From: Candidatus Dormiibacterota bacterium | GTDB taxonomy: Bacteria; Chloroflexota; Dormibacteria; Aeolococcales; Aeolococcaceae | NCBI GenBank assembly: GCA_003153505.1 | Contig: PLZA01000016.1 | Coordinates: 11,094-75,093, forward strand | DNA length: 64,000 bases | Direction: 5' to 3' | Shown here: positions 1-9,881 of the stretch, one piece after another | Position numbering within the stretch: position 1 is the stretch's first letter | How the letters are laid out: each line of letters begins with the position of its first letter | The notes under the pieces: model-generated | Seen by the model: only the letters and a program-made list of their open reading frames with translations | Databases searched by the model: none | What the model was told of the DNA's origin: nothing | Made by a program: the position numbers and the translations under genes

Positions 1-1773
1 GAGGGAGAACACGACGTCGACGCGATCACCCGATGGGTCGACACCGGTCACGAGCTGCGCTACACCACGCCGGAGATGCTCGCGATCGAGCGAGGCATGA
101 TCGCCGCCGCGCGGCAGCGCGCGGCAGCGTGCGTCGGTGTCGCCGACACTCGTGAGGTCGAGGCAGCCATCGCCGCGCGGTCCACGCTGACCACGGACCA
201 GCAGCTCATGGTCAGGACCGTCTGCCAGAGCCCGACCGGCGGCGTCGTCGTCGAGGGCGCTGCCGGGGTGGGCAAGACCTTCGCCCTCGACGTTTGCCGG
301 GAGGCGTTCGAGGCCACCGGCATCCAGGTTGTCGGCTGCGCGCTCGCTGGCCGTGCCGCGGACGTGCTCGAGACGGGCGCGGCCATCCCCACGTGGACGG
401 TCACCGGCATGCTCAACGAGCTGCAGGTCGACCATCTGCCACCCGGCGGCGTGCTCGTGGTCGACGAGGCGGGCATGATCGGCGACCGCGAGCTTGCCGA
501 GCTGGTCTCACTCTCGGCACGGGACAACGCCAAGCTGGTCGTGGTCGGCGACCCCGCGCAGCTCCAACCCATCGGCGCGGGGGCACCCATACGCATCCTG
601 GGCGAGCACATCGGCAGGGTGCTGGTCACCGAGAACGTGCGCCAGAAGGAGCCCTGGGAGCGAGCGGCCCTCCAGCTGGTGCGCGACGGCGAGGCCCGCG
701 CCGCCTACGAGCTGTATCTGAGCCACGGCCGCATCCACGTCGCCGAGTCACTGCCCGAGCGGCGCGCCGAGGTGATCGCCGAGCATGCGAGGCTCGAGGA
801 CAGGGGCGTCGACACGGTGATGCTGGCCCAGCGCCGCGACGAGGTTGCGGCCCTCAACGAGCTCGCCCGGGCCCGGGCGGTCGAGGCCGGGCGTGTGCAC
901 GGACCCGCGCTGACCGTGGACGGCAAGGAATACCAGGCCGGCGACCGGGTCCTCTGCCTGACCAACGACCGCGCCAACGGCGTGAGCAACGGCACCCGCG
1001 CCGCGGTCATCGCGGTGGACGTCGAGCGGCAGACGCTCACGCTGGAGCGCGGGGATCATCGCCAGGTGGTCATCGACACCACGCGGTACGACGCGATCGA
1101 CCGCGGCTACGCGATGACCGTGCATAAAGCCCAGGGGATGACCGCCGAGGTTGCTCTGGTTGTGAGTTCGGACGGTGCCACCCGGGAGTGGACGTACACG
1201 GCGATGTCGCGCGGCACCGAGGCCACCCACTACTACGCCGTTGCCCACCCGCCGGAGCGTGACCGCCTCGGCGTCAGCCATGCCCCGGCACCAACGCAGC
1301 CCACCGACGAGCGGATCGTGCATTCGTGGGAACGCTCGCTGCAGAAGGAGTCGGCGCTCGACTACCCGGAGCGGTATCGCGAGGCCGAGCGAGAACACAG
1401 GCCGTCGGCGCTCGACGTTTTTGCGCCCGCGACGGAAGCCCAGCGCGCCGCCCTTGCGGACCTCGGCGCTCCCGAACCGGGCGAGCACGCAACCCGGCTC
1501 GACGCTGCGCTGGAGCTCGATCGTTGGTCCGAGCAAAGCCCGGGCGCGGGGCTCGACCAGTGGCTGCGCGAGACCGACGCGACCGAGCACCGGCTGGAGC
1601 AGCTCATCAGCGACATCGGCGGCGCGCGCCCCGACTGCGCCGACCAGGCGCCTCTATCCCGAGGCATCAACCCGGGCCACTTCGAGGCCGCGATGGCCCT
1701 GCTCGACCCCTACCACGCGCTTCTCGAGGCAGAGGCGCTCGGGCCCGCCATCGGTCCGGGGCTCGCGCCGTGA
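1..1773 (+). CDS. MobF/TrwC-family conjugative relaxase-helicase, C-terminal SF1B (RecD-like) helicase part; 5'-truncated by window edge
   Basis: Frame is open from base 1. RYTTPEML linker, Walker A GAAGVGKT, VVDEAGM, VGDPAQL, ENVRQ, YAMTVHKAQG and YTAMSRG helicase motifs. Lies near an integrase. Confidence 0.85.
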   Translation, partial: EGEHDVDAITRWVDTGHELRYTTPEMLAIERGMIAAARQRAAACVGVADTREVEAAIAARSTLTTDQQLMVRTVCQSPTGGVVVEGAAGVGKTFALDVCREAFEATGIQVVGCALAGRAADVLETGAAIPTWTVTGMLNELQVDHLPPGGVLVVDEAGMIGDRELAELVSLSARDNAKLVVVGDPAQLQPIGAGAPIRILGEHIGRVLVTENVRQKEPWERAALQLVRDGEARAAYELYLSHGRIHVAESLPERRAEVIAEHARLEDRGVDTVMLAQRRDEVAALNELARARAVEAGRVHGPALTVDGKEYQAGDRVLCLTNDRANGVSNGTRAAVIAVDVERQTLTLERGDHRQVVIDTTRYDAIDRGYAMTVHKAQGMTAEVALVVSSDGATREWTYTAMSRGTEATHYYAVAHPPERDRLGVSHAPAPTQPTDERIVHSWERSLQKESALDYPERYREAEREHRPSALDVFAPATEAQRAALADLGAPEPGEHATRLDAALELDRWSEQSPGAGLDQWLRETDATEHRLEQLISDIGGARPDCADQAPLSRGINPGHFEAAMALLDPYHALLEAEALGPAIGPGLAP

Positions 1774-2282
1774 GGCCCAAAAGCACCAGCACAGCCGGCC
1801 GCATCGCGGCGCTCACCAAATGGGCGGCACAGCTCGACGTCGGCCTTGCGTCCGTCGCCGGAGAGGTCGCCGAGCTACGGACCCGTCTGGACGACCCTCA
1901 GCACGCCGCGGTATCCCCGACGGACGTCAGCAGCGGCACTCCCGAGAACGAGCAGTCGAGCGAGGAGTTCGCGTCGCTCCTGGACTGGGTCAATTGGATG
2001 GCGCGCGCATTCGCTCTCTCGGAACGCTTCCCCAGCTGCTGGTACAAGCACGAAGGCGTGGTGGTGGCACTCCGCGCGCTTCGCCACTGGCACTCCGCGC
2101 TGCACCGTGGCGGCTCGAGCGACCCCTCCTCGACCATCCTCTGGGTCGATGCCGTCTATCGAATCAATGACCGGATGCTGCGGCCAGTCGCGCAGCATTG
2201 CTTGTCGAACCACCGGGACGCGCCCAACCTCGACCGTCCAACGGAGGAGGAGCTGCCGCAGCTGCGATTGACCGCCCGGTAA
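1770..2282 (+). CDS. DUF4913-like protein of mobile elements
   Basis: GTG start overlaps the relaxase stop (GTGA). Motif LLDWVNW...FPSCWYKHEGVVVALRAL..W resembles DUF4913 proteins that accompany TrwC relaxases (from recall). Confidence 0.6.
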   Translation: MRPKSTSTAGRIAALTKWAAQLDVGLASVAGEVAELRTRLDDPQHAAVSPTDVSSGTPENEQSSEEFASLLDWVNWMARAFALSERFPSCWYKHEGVVVALRALRHWHSALHRGGSSDPSSTILWVDAVYRINDRMLRPVAQHCLSNHRDAPNLDRPTEEELPQLRLTAR

Positions 2283-2401
2283 TCCACCGAAATGACGCGG
2301 CGGCCGGACTTCTACAGCATGTGAACTCGGCTACATGGCACCTCGAAAATGTAAGCGCTGCGTGAGCGCTTTCCCACTACGCTGAAGACGCCGTCATTCC
2401 C

Positions 2402-2737
2402 ATGCACGAAACTCAGCTGTCCCTCGACATGCAACGTCCGCTGTCGTCGACGACGTCCTCCCCCACCGTCGCGGCGAATCCCGACTCACGCCGCCAGTGG
2501 ATCTGGGACGGGGAGCGTCAGGCGTTCGTCGCGGGCACCCTGCGAGAGGCGATGCTCGTGCGCGGTTTCACGCCCCACTCCCTAGCGGTATCCGCCCGAG
2601 TGGCGGAGAGCACCATGTACAACGCCCTCGCCGGCCGACCGACGCGCCTGCGCACCGCCCGTCGTGTGCTCGAGACGCTCGCCGGTGTTGAACCCAAGTT
2701 CGAGCTCAGCCGACTCGGCCGAGCAGCTACGTCCTGA
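2402..2737 (+). CDS. Small Cro/XRE-like helix-turn-helix protein (possible excisionase or regulator)
   Basis: [22 protein letters not shown] has HTH pattern; convergent with the integrase. Confidence 0.6.
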   Translation: MHETQLSLDMQRPLSSTTSSPTVAANPDSRRQWIWDGERQAFVAGTLREAMLVRGFTPHSLAVSARVAESTMYNALAGRPTRLRTARRVLETLAGVEPKFELSRLGRAATS

Positions 2738-3749
2738 ATCGGGCGAGTGCGGCTACCGCTTCCAGGTCGGAGGCGGTGTAATAGCGTCGGACCATCTCGA
2801 CGGACTCCCAGCCACCCAGGAGCTGCAGGTGGAACATGGGGATGCCGGCGTCGGCGCACCGAGTCGCCCACGTGTGCCGGAGGCGGTGCGGATTGCAGCG
2901 CACCCCGGCGGTCTTGCCGATCCGCTGCATCAGCTGCTCGACACCCCAGGTGGTCAGCGCATGGTCGGCGTCCGACAGGAACACGTCACGGAGGTGGCTC
3001 GCCGGCCGCTCCTTGATCGCCCACTCGAGCAGGTCTCGGGGAAGGTTCCGGTAGGTGTCCCGGAATCCGACGATCCGGTCCCGTCGCCCCTTGGTGAGCG
3101 TCCGGTTGTGGATGTTGCCGACGATCGTCAGCTTGGCAGGACGGCCCTTGAGGCCCTCCAGGTGGTCCGTGGTGAGCGCGCACAGCTCTCCGACGCGGAG
3201 CCCGGTGGCGAGCAGCGTCATGGCGATCAGGCGGTCACGGCCGGGCTTGGCGGCGGCGACGACCCGCGCCTCGTCGTCCACGCTCAGCGCCATCGGCAAC
3301 TTGCGTTTCGGAATTCGTGGCTTGGGCAGGTCTCGCCCGTCGCTCAGGAGTGGCGCGTCGAACCCGGGCGCTTCCTTGCAGAACTTGGCCAGAGACCGGG
3401 CGTAGCAGCGGAACTTCATCAGCGTGGCGGGCTTGAGCACGTCCGCGTGGACGGTCATGTACTCCCGGATGCTCTCGGTGCTGAGCTGGTCGATATAGAC
3501 GATCCCCTCGTGGGCCAGGTAGCCAGGCCAGCGCCCCCGGAGCAGGTAGTCCTCCGCGTTGCGCATCGTGCTCTGCGACCAGTCGAGCTTGTGGTGGTGA
3601 AGCAGCGCGTGGGCGGTGTCGATGACCGTCGGTCGCTCCCCTGGCTGGCCCCGCCGCGGAGCCTTCTCCACGGCGAGCTGGCCGCCCGTCGCGGTGTCGT
3701 AGTAGTCGCGGCGCTGGGGCTTCGGAGCCGGCACGAAGGCTGTGGCCAT
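2727..3749 (-). CDS. Tyrosine recombinase/integrase
   Basis: Catalytic set TGLRVGEL (R), TKG (K), HRLRH (HxxR), LLGGW (W), RRYY (Y); adjacent to tRNA 3' end. Confidence 0.92.
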   Translation of the reverse strand: MATAFVPAPKPQRRDYYDTATGGQLAVEKAPRRGQPGERPTVIDTAHALLHHHKLDWSQSTMRNAEDYLLRGRWPGYLAHEGIVYIDQLSTESIREYMTVHADVLKPATLMKFRCYARSLAKFCKEAPGFDAPLLSDGRDLPKPRIPKRKLPMALSVDDEARVVAAAKPGRDRLIAMTLLATGLRVGELCALTTDHLEGLKGRPAKLTIVGNIHNRTLTKGRRDRIVGFRDTYRNLPRDLLEWAIKERPASHLRDVFLSDADHALTTWGVEQLMQRIGKTAGVRCNPHRLRHTWATRCADAGIPMFHLQLLGGWESVEMVRRYYTASDLEAVAALARFRT

Positions 3750-3863
3750 CGACAGCAGTTTATTACAAGGACACAGACTCGCTCGGGGACAGCAACATCC
3801 TACGTTTTTCTGGAGGCAGTCGGCGGACCGCTGGAACCGGCTGGTTTGTATTCAAAAAGCCGA

Positions 3864-3940
3864 TGGTGGGCGCAATAGGGATCGAACCTATGACCTCTGC
3901 GATGTCAACGCAGCGCTCGTACCAACTGAGCTATGCGCCC
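3864..3940 (-). tRNA. tRNA-Val(GAC)
   Basis: Reverse complement GGGCGCATAGCTCAGTTGGTACGAGCGCTGCGTTGACATCGCAGAGGTCATAGGTTCGATCCCTATTGCGCCCACCA: cloverleaf, anticodon loop TT-GAC-AT, T-loop GGTTCGATCC, encoded CCA. Confidence 0.97.
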
Positions 3941-4015
3941 CTGGCTCGCGATCGGCAAGCGTGAGCGCCGTCGATGATACCAGTGCCCCAAGCCCGCCTC
4001 CTGGGATCGGCGGCT

Positions 4016-4207
4016 TCAGACCCAGGCGACCGGCTGTGTCTTCTTGCCGGTCGCGTGCTGGGCGGCCTGGAGGTCACCCATGGTCACCTCGACCCGGAGC
4101 ACGCCTTCGCAGCTGTGGCAGATGAGGTTGAACGACTCAGGCCGGACGATCTGGCGGGCAATTGCCTGCCGGTGTCCGCAGCACTCACACGTGACGACAG
4201 CTCGCAT
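4016..4207 (-). CDS. Small hypothetical zinc-ribbon protein (63 aa)
   Basis: GGAGGA RBS before ATG at 4207; CECC...CHSC cysteine pairs. Confidence 0.6.
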   Translation of the reverse strand: MRAVVTCECCGHRQAIARQIVRPESFNLICHSCEGVLRVEVTMGDLQAAQHATGKKTQPVAWV

Positions 4208-4320
4208 CACTCCTCCGCCGGGCCGGCCAATCCGGTCCGCAAGGCTTCGGAGCTTCCCACCAGGCCCGCCGCCCTCCCCCCAATCCACGGCTCCGCGACA
4301 CCGTCGTTGCAGATTTGCGA

Positions 4321-5721
4321 TTACCCCTGGTCGGCGCTCCCCACGACCACCGGAACCGCGTCCGGCTCGAGCACTTGGAGACGCTCCCAGCCGAACCAGC
4401 GGACCGCCGCGGCAATGACGATCAGGATCGCTCCAAGCGCGGCGACCACACGAGCCACACCGATCAGGTCGGACACAACACCGGCAAGCAACAGCGGGAT
4501 GGCCACCGCCGCATTGATGACCGTGAAGATGCCCCCGAAGATGCGTCCGCGACTCTCGGTGTCGGTGCGCTCCTGGAGCACGGTGAACCCGGGGATCAGC
4601 ATCGCGCCGAGCGCGCAGCCGAAGAGCATCCCGACCACCACCGCAAGGGGCACCATCAACGCGGACAGTCCGTGCGTGCGGAACACGTCCGGCACGATGC
4701 CCATGATCAGCAGCGACAGCCCCGCCGCGCTGATGGCCGCGACCAGGGTCTTGGCGCGGGGGAAGTTCGGATGCTGACCGAGCAGTGCGGCGGTGGCGAT
4801 AAGTCCGAACATCGCCGGGACGAGGACGATGTAAGTCTGGTCGTCGGACCGGTTGAGCACCTCCACCAGGTACACGGGTCCGAGCGCAAAGATCGTGAAG
4901 ACGACGACGATGGCGAGTGCCAGCTGATACAGCCCGAGGCGCAGCGGCGGACTGTTGCGCAGGATGTCGATGCCGTCACGCAGCTCGCGAAGGATGTTCT
5001 GCGAAGGTCCGCTGTTGACCTTCTCGGCGCGCAGGCTGACGCTCACCTTCCAGACCGACAGCGCAGCTAACCCGAACAGCCCGGCGGCGATGTAGAAAGG
5101 CGCCTGGTTGCCGAAGAAGCCGATCGCGATCGTCGCGGCCGGGACGCCGAGCACCAGTGTGAGGATCACCGTGGTCATGAACAGCGATGTCGCCTCGGTG
5201 ATCTGCTGCCTGCCCACCAACGAGGGGATGCTCGCCGCCTCCGCGGGCGCGAAGATCTGCCCGGCCGAGCTGAACAGCAACGTGATGACGATCAGCGGCC
5301 ACGCCTGACCGCGCAGCGCGGGGATGAGCTGGGCGAGCGGGATCAGGAGGATCAGCCCGGCACGAACGACGTTGGTGCCGACCATGAGCACACGCTTGTC
5401 GTGGCGATCCGCGTACACGCCTGCGGGCGCGCTGAGCAGGACGCTCGGCAGCGTGTAGGCGATCATCAGCACCGACTGCAATGACGCGCGCCTGGTGAGC
5501 GTGTACATGAAGACGAGCAGCGTGAACATGAGGAACTTGTCGGCGAGCTGCGACGCCAGCTGCGCCCCCCAGAGATAGCGGAAATCACGGCGCCGCAGCA
5601 CCGCGGCAAAGCCCCGGCGCTGTTCCGGAGCTGCGGCGATCGCGGGGCGCGCAGCATGGAGCGGCGCGACCGCGCCGTCGTCGGCGGGCTCGCTGGCGGC
5701 GCTGGTGAACGGCTGTCTCAT
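4321..5721 (-). CDS. MFS transporter (DHA3/macrolide-efflux-like)
   Basis: About 12 hydrophobic segments; RDFRYLWGAQLAS; motif A AGVYADRHDKR; SRGRIFG. Confidence 0.9.
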   Translation of the reverse strand: MRQPFTSAASEPADDGAVAPLHAARPAIAAAPEQRRGFAAVLRRRDFRYLWGAQLASQLADKFLMFTLLVFMYTLTRRASLQSVLMIAYTLPSVLLSAPAGVYADRHDKRVLMVGTNVVRAGLILLIPLAQLIPALRGQAWPLIVITLLFSSAGQIFAPAEAASIPSLVGRQQITEATSLFMTTVILTLVLGVPAATIAIGFFGNQAPFYIAAGLFGLAALSVWKVSVSLRAEKVNSGPSQNILRELRDGIDILRNSPPLRLGLYQLALAIVVVFTIFALGPVYLVEVLNRSDDQTYIVLVPAMFGLIATAALLGQHPNFPRAKTLVAAISAAGLSLLIMGIVPDVFRTHGLSALMVPLAVVVGMLFGCALGAMLIPGFTVLQERTDTESRGRIFGGIFTVINAAVAIPLLLAGVVSDLIGVARVVAALGAILIVIAAAVRWFGWERLQVLEPDAVPVVVGSADQG

Positions 5722-6602
5722 CGCGTGACGAGCCTCACCTCAGCGACTGCGCGAGCGAGGAGCTCCCACTCATCGAGGCGAAGCGTACCCGGCCGGCGCC
5801 CAGGATCGATACCCGCACGGGCCAGGGCGACACCGGCGCCGCTCAGGTCGCCGCCGAGCGCACGCGAGACGCCGTTGCGCAGGGTCTTGCGCCGCGACTG
5901 GAAGAGTGGCTTCGCAAGCGCGAGCACCGAGGCACGGATCGCGGGGTCGGCCTTCGCAGACGGCACGATCCTGATGATCGACGAGTGCACTGCGGGCGGC
6001 GGGTCGAAGGCGCTCGGCGGTACATCACGAATCCGCTCCACCTCGGCCAGCGAGCGGATGGCGACGGTCGCGAGGCTCCAATCCCCGGGGGCCGCCGCGA
6101 GCCTGGCAGCCACCTCGCGCTGGACGAGCACGACCGCGCGAGCCGGCGGTTCGTCAGCCTCGACGAGGCGCATCAGCACGAGGCCGGTGAGCTGGTAGGG
6201 CAGGTTGCCGGTCGCGAGCCACCCGGCGGTGAAGCCGAGCGCGGGTGGATCGACCACGCGCGCGTCCGCCTCGAGGACGGTGACGTTGGCGTTCCCGTGC
6301 TGGGTGATCCTGCTCCCCGCCACGCATGCGGAGTCGATATCGATCGCGACCACGCGACGGGCGCGAACCGCGAGCGCGCCGGTGAGCGTGCCGAGCCCGC
6401 AGCCGATCTCGAGCACCTCGCTCTCGGGGCCGGGGTCGAGCGCGTCGACGATGGCATCGAGCACGTCGCGGTCGACGAGAAAGTGCTGGCCGAGGCTCGT
6501 GTCCCGCCGGAGCCCGACGCGCCGGGCGACCGCCGTCAGCGTCCTGGGATCGGTGAGGTCGAGCGGGCGGGCGGCGCGATCTGCGCCGGAATCGTCAGCC
6601 AT
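5718..6602 (-). CDS. rsmA: 16S rRNA m6,2A dimethyltransferase RsmA/KsgA
   Basis: LGQHFLVD, VLEIGCGLG, GNLPYQ, VQREVA, FDPPPAVHS, RRKTLRN. Confidence 0.95.
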   Translation of the reverse strand: MADDSGADRAARPLDLTDPRTLTAVARRVGLRRDTSLGQHFLVDRDVLDAIVDALDPGPESEVLEIGCGLGTLTGALAVRARRVVAIDIDSACVAGSRITQHGNANVTVLEADARVVDPPALGFTAGWLATGNLPYQLTGLVLMRLVEADEPPARAVVLVQREVAARLAAAPGDWSLATVAIRSLAEVERIRDVPPSAFDPPPAVHSSIIRIVPSAKADPAIRASVLALAKPLFQSRRKTLRNGVSRALGGDLSGAGVALARAGIDPGRRPGTLRLDEWELLARAVAEVRLVTR

Positions 6603-7413
6603 GCGCCGGCGCGGCTGTGGGCGTGCCGATGCCGAGGACGCGGTGTGCGGTCCGAGTGGTGGCGGCGCGCACCTCCTCCACCGGCACGCCGCGCAAACGG
6701 GCAACCGCCGCCGCGGTGATCGCCACGCGCTCGGGCAGGTTCGGCTTGCCACGCTGCGGCGCAGGACTGAGAAACGGCGAATCAGTCTCGACCACGAAAC
6801 CGTCGTCCGCCACGGTGCGTGCGGAGTCCTGGATGCCTTCGGAGCGGGGGAAGGTGACGATCCCGGAGAAGGAGGCGATGAACCCGATGCCGGCGCAGCG
6901 TCGCGCAAAGGCGGCGTCACCGCTGAAGCAGTGCATGATCCCGCGACTCCCGGGCACCTCGCTGACGGCCGCGAGCACCTCGTCGTGCGCGTCGCGATCG
7001 TGGATCAGCACCGGCTTGCCGGCGTCGCGGGCAAGCTCGAGCATCGCCCGAAAGGAGTGCTGCTGGATGTCGAGCGGCACCTCGTGATATCCGGGGCGGA
7101 AGAACAGGTCGAGGCCCACCTCCCCCACCGCGACCGCCTTGGGATGGTGGAGCAGCGCGGCGAGCGCGTCGAGCTGGCGGGGATCCGGCACGCGTGGCTC
7201 GTGAGGATGCCAGCCGCAGGTGAAATAGACCCCGGGGTGCTCCTCGGCGATCTGCCGGTTGCGGTCCGAATCGTCGAGGTTGAGCCCGACCGAGATGATC
7301 TCGTCGACCCCGGCTGCCGCCGCGCCTTCGAGTGCCGCTCCAAGCAGCCCGCGTTCCTCGAGGAGCACCAGGTGACAGTGGGTGTCGACGAGTGCCGGCA
7401 GGCCCTCGCTCAC
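6595..7413 (-). CDS. tatD: TatD-family DNase
   Basis: DTHCHL, GWHPH, AVGEVGLD, IHDRDAH, MHCFSG, VETDSPFL. Confidence 0.95.
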   Translation of the reverse strand: MSEGLPALVDTHCHLVLLEERGLLGAALEGAAAAGVDEIISVGLNLDDSDRNRQIAEEHPGVYFTCGWHPHEPRVPDPRQLDALAALLHHPKAVAVGEVGLDLFFRPGYHEVPLDIQQHSFRAMLELARDAGKPVLIHDRDAHDEVLAAVSEVPGSRGIMHCFSGDAAFARRCAGIGFIASFSGIVTFPRSEGIQDSARTVADDGFVVETDSPFLSPAPQRGKPNLPERVAITAAAVARLRGVPVEEVRAATTRTAHRVLGIGTPTAAPAHG

Positions 7414-8093
7414 GGGCGCGCCCCGACCACCACCGTGCACTCGCCGCGTGGCGGCCGTACGCTGAACTCCTCGACCAGCGTCGCGGCGGTACCGCGATGC
7501 AGGGTCTCGTGCAGCTTGGTGAGCTCCCTCGCGACCACGATGGGACGATCGCCGAGGACCGGCGCCGCGAGGCGAAGCGTCTTGGTGAGCCGCATCGGCG
7601 ACTCGAAGAACGCGAAGGTGCGCTCCTCGCGCAACGCCTCCTCGAGGACACGAATGAGCTTGCCGGCCGTGCGCGGAAGAAAGCCGAGAAAGCAGAAGGC
7701 GCTCGCGGAGAAGCCGCTCGACGCGAGCGCGGCGGTGAGCGCCGAGGCGCCGGGGATCGGCGTGACTCGGTGGCCGCCGTCGAGGGCCGCACGAACCAGG
7801 ATCGCTCCCGGGTCGCTGAGCGCCGGCGTGCCGGCATCGGTGCAGAGCGCGAGCGTCTCGCCGCGTTCCAGGCGCTCGATCAGCTGAGGCACGCGCCGGC
7901 GCTCGTCGAATGCCGGCAGCGAAAGCACCGGCTTGCGAACCCCGTGGGCGGTGAGCAGCGCCCTGGTGCGGCGCGAATCCTCGGCGATCACGGCGTCGCA
8001 TTCCCCCAGCACCCGCAACGCGCGCAGGGTGATGTCCTCCAGGTTCCCGATCGGCGTCGCGACGACTGCCAGCGTCCCGGTCAGACCGCTCAT
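7410..8093 (-). CDS. rsmI: 16S rRNA C1402 2'-O-methyltransferase RsmI
   Basis: [42 protein letters not shown]. Confidence 0.95.
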   Translation of the reverse strand: MSGLTGTLAVVATPIGNLEDITLRALRVLGECDAVIAEDSRRTRALLTAHGVRKPVLSLPAFDERRRVPQLIERLERGETLALCTDAGTPALSDPGAILVRAALDGGHRVTPIPGASALTAALASSGFSASAFCFLGFLPRTAGKLIRVLEEALREERTFAFFESPMRLTKTLRLAAPVLGDRPIVVARELTKLHETLHRGTAATLVEEFSVRPPRGECTVVVGARP

Positions 8094-8947
8094 CGGCCCC
8101 AGTCCCGCGGGTAGCGGAACTCCCGGTCGATGGTGCGGTTGCTCAGCTTCGCGATGACCGGCGGCCTCCGCTTGTACTGACTCCCGCGAACGCGCGTCAC
8201 GATGCTGTCGACGTCCGTGGGATCGAACCCGAGGGCGATGACCTCGGCGCGGGTGCGGCGCTCGTCGACGAGCAGGTGGAGCACCTGGTCGACCACGGCG
8301 TAGCGCATACCCAGCTCGTCCTCGTCGGATTGTCCGGCCCACAGATCAGCGCTCGGCGCCTTGGTGAGCACCCTCTCAGGCAGGCCGACGGCGCGAGCCA
8401 GCGAGTAGACCTGTGTCTTGTACAGGTCACCGATCGGGTTGAGCGCACTCGCCATGTCCCCGAACAACGTGCCGTAGCCGAGCAGCAGCTCGGTCTTGTT
8501 CGACGTGCCGAGCACGAGCGCGCGCTCCGCCATCGAATGGTCGTAGAGAATCGACATCCGTTCGCGGGCCATCTTGTTGCCCCGGCGGGTGCGGTCGGCA
8601 TCCGGGAAGCGCTCGAAGTAAGCGTCCACCTGGGGCGTGATATCGATGATCTTCGCGTTGATGCCGACACTGTCACATACCGCCAGGGCGTCCACCTGCG
8701 ACTGCGGATCGCTGCTCCGGTACGGCATGAACACCGCGACCACGTTGCCGGTCCCGAGCGAGGACACGGCGAGCGCCGTCACCAGCGCGGAGTCGACGCC
8801 CCCGGAGAGCCCGACGATGACCCGCTCGAACCCCACCTTGCGCACGCCGTCGGCGATGAAGCCGCGGAGCAGCTCGATGACGAAAGGGGCGTCAACCGCG
8901 AGCGTGTCGGCGTCGGAGGCGATCGGTCTCGGCGTCGTTGACATCAT
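8090..8947 (-). CDS. nadE: NAD+ synthetase, synthetase subunit
   Basis: [51 protein letters not shown]; start position uncertain. Confidence 0.93.
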   Translation of the reverse strand: MMSTTPRPIASDADTLAVDAPFVIELLRGFIADGVRKVGFERVIVGLSGGVDSALVTALAVSSLGTGNVVAVFMPYRSSDPQSQVDALAVCDSVGINAKIIDITPQVDAYFERFPDADRTRRGNKMARERMSILYDHSMAERALVLGTSNKTELLLGYGTLFGDMASALNPIGDLYKTQVYSLARAVGLPERVLTKAPSADLWAGQSDEDELGMRYAVVDQVLHLLVDERRTRAEVIALGFDPTDVDSIVTRVRGSQYKRRPPVIAKLSNRTIDREFRYPRDWGR

Positions 8948-9881
8948 TTCGTTCGTCGCGCAGGAGCGGGTAGGCAATCCGGGCGCGGCGGATCGCGCTG
9001 CGCTCCAAGCGGTGCACCAGCAGCGTTTCGTGGGCTCCACGGACTTCGGCGACCACCGCCCCGACCGGGTCGACCACCCGCGAGCCGCCCCAGAATCCGA
9101 CCCCGTCCTCGAATCCGGACCGGTTGCAGTACAGGACATACGTGGTGAAGAGCTGCGCATAGGTGCGGGTCATCACGTCGTAGCTGCTCGCGGTGCCAAC
9201 CGCTTCTCCCTGGAGCTGCCCGCGGCCGGGAGACGCCGACGGGCAGATGACCAGATCGACACCCTGCCGGGCAAGCAGCGCGGCCGCCGATGGATGCCAG
9301 AGGTCCTCGCAGATGAGGATCCCGGCGCGCCAGGTGTGGCCGGTCCGTCCGCCGAGCGGGGCGTCGAAGGCACGGAAACGATCGCCGGCCGCGACGTAGC
9401 GCTGCTCGTCGAACAGCCCGTACGTCGGCAGGTACACCTTGCGGTGCACATGGGTGATCTCACCAGCGCTGAGGTAGAGGGACGCGTTGTAGAAGCGATG
9501 CTGATCGCTTTCGAGGATCAGCCCGGCGACGATGTCGATGCCCCCCTCGCGTGACGCCGCCCGGAGCGCGCCAACCTCCGGCGAGTCGACGGTCAGCGCG
9601 ACCTCGGGGACCTGGTCCTTGAGGAAATAGCCGGTGATCGAGAGTTCGGGAAACACCACCAGCCCGGCTCCGGCCGCGGCGGCGCCCGCGACCGTCGTCA
9701 GGTGGGCGGCGAGATTCGTCGCGACATCGCCGAGCCGCGGGTAGAACTGCGCGAGGGCCACCGTTACGGAACCGGCCGGGTCAGGGGCAGGCTCAGCCTT
9801 CGGTGCGGGCGCATCCACCGCCGCGTCAGCCGCTCCATCGACGCCCGCGATCACGCCGGTTCGAGATCGTTCGAGGACCAT
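8892..9881 (-). CDS. Nitrilase-family glutaminase, probable amidotransferase partner of NadE
   Basis: E-K-C triad FPELSITGY / [14 protein letters not shown] / ICEDLWH; directly upstream of nadE. Confidence 0.85.
   Translation of the reverse strand: MVLERSRTGVIAGVDGAADAAVDAPAPKAEPAPDPAGSVTVALAQFYPRLGDVATNLAAHLTTVAGAAAAGAGLVVFPELSITGYFLKDQVPEVALTVDSPEVGALRAASREGGIDIVAGLILESDQHRFYNASLYLSAGEITHVHRKVYLPTYGLFDEQRYVAAGDRFRAFDAPLGGRTGHTWRAGILICEDLWHPSAAALLARQGVDLVICPSASPGRGQLQGEAVGTASSYDVMTRTYAQLFTTYVLYCNRSGFEDGVGFWGGSRVVDPVGAVVAEVRGAHETLLVHRLERSAIRRARIAYPLLRDERNDVNDAETDRLRRRHARG

Larger units (their letters stand above)
1..3863. mobile_element. Right end of an integrative mobilizable/conjugative element inserted at tRNA-Val(GAC)
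   Basis: Relaxase, DUF4913-like gene, HTH gene and tyrosine integrase lie immediately downstream of a tRNA 3' end. The other boundary is outside the window. Confidence 0.8.

Noticed and set aside
3751-3794. GACAGCA direct repeat upstream of the integrase as possible arm-type sites
   Set aside because: Only 7 bp and two copies; cannot be supported without the other att end.
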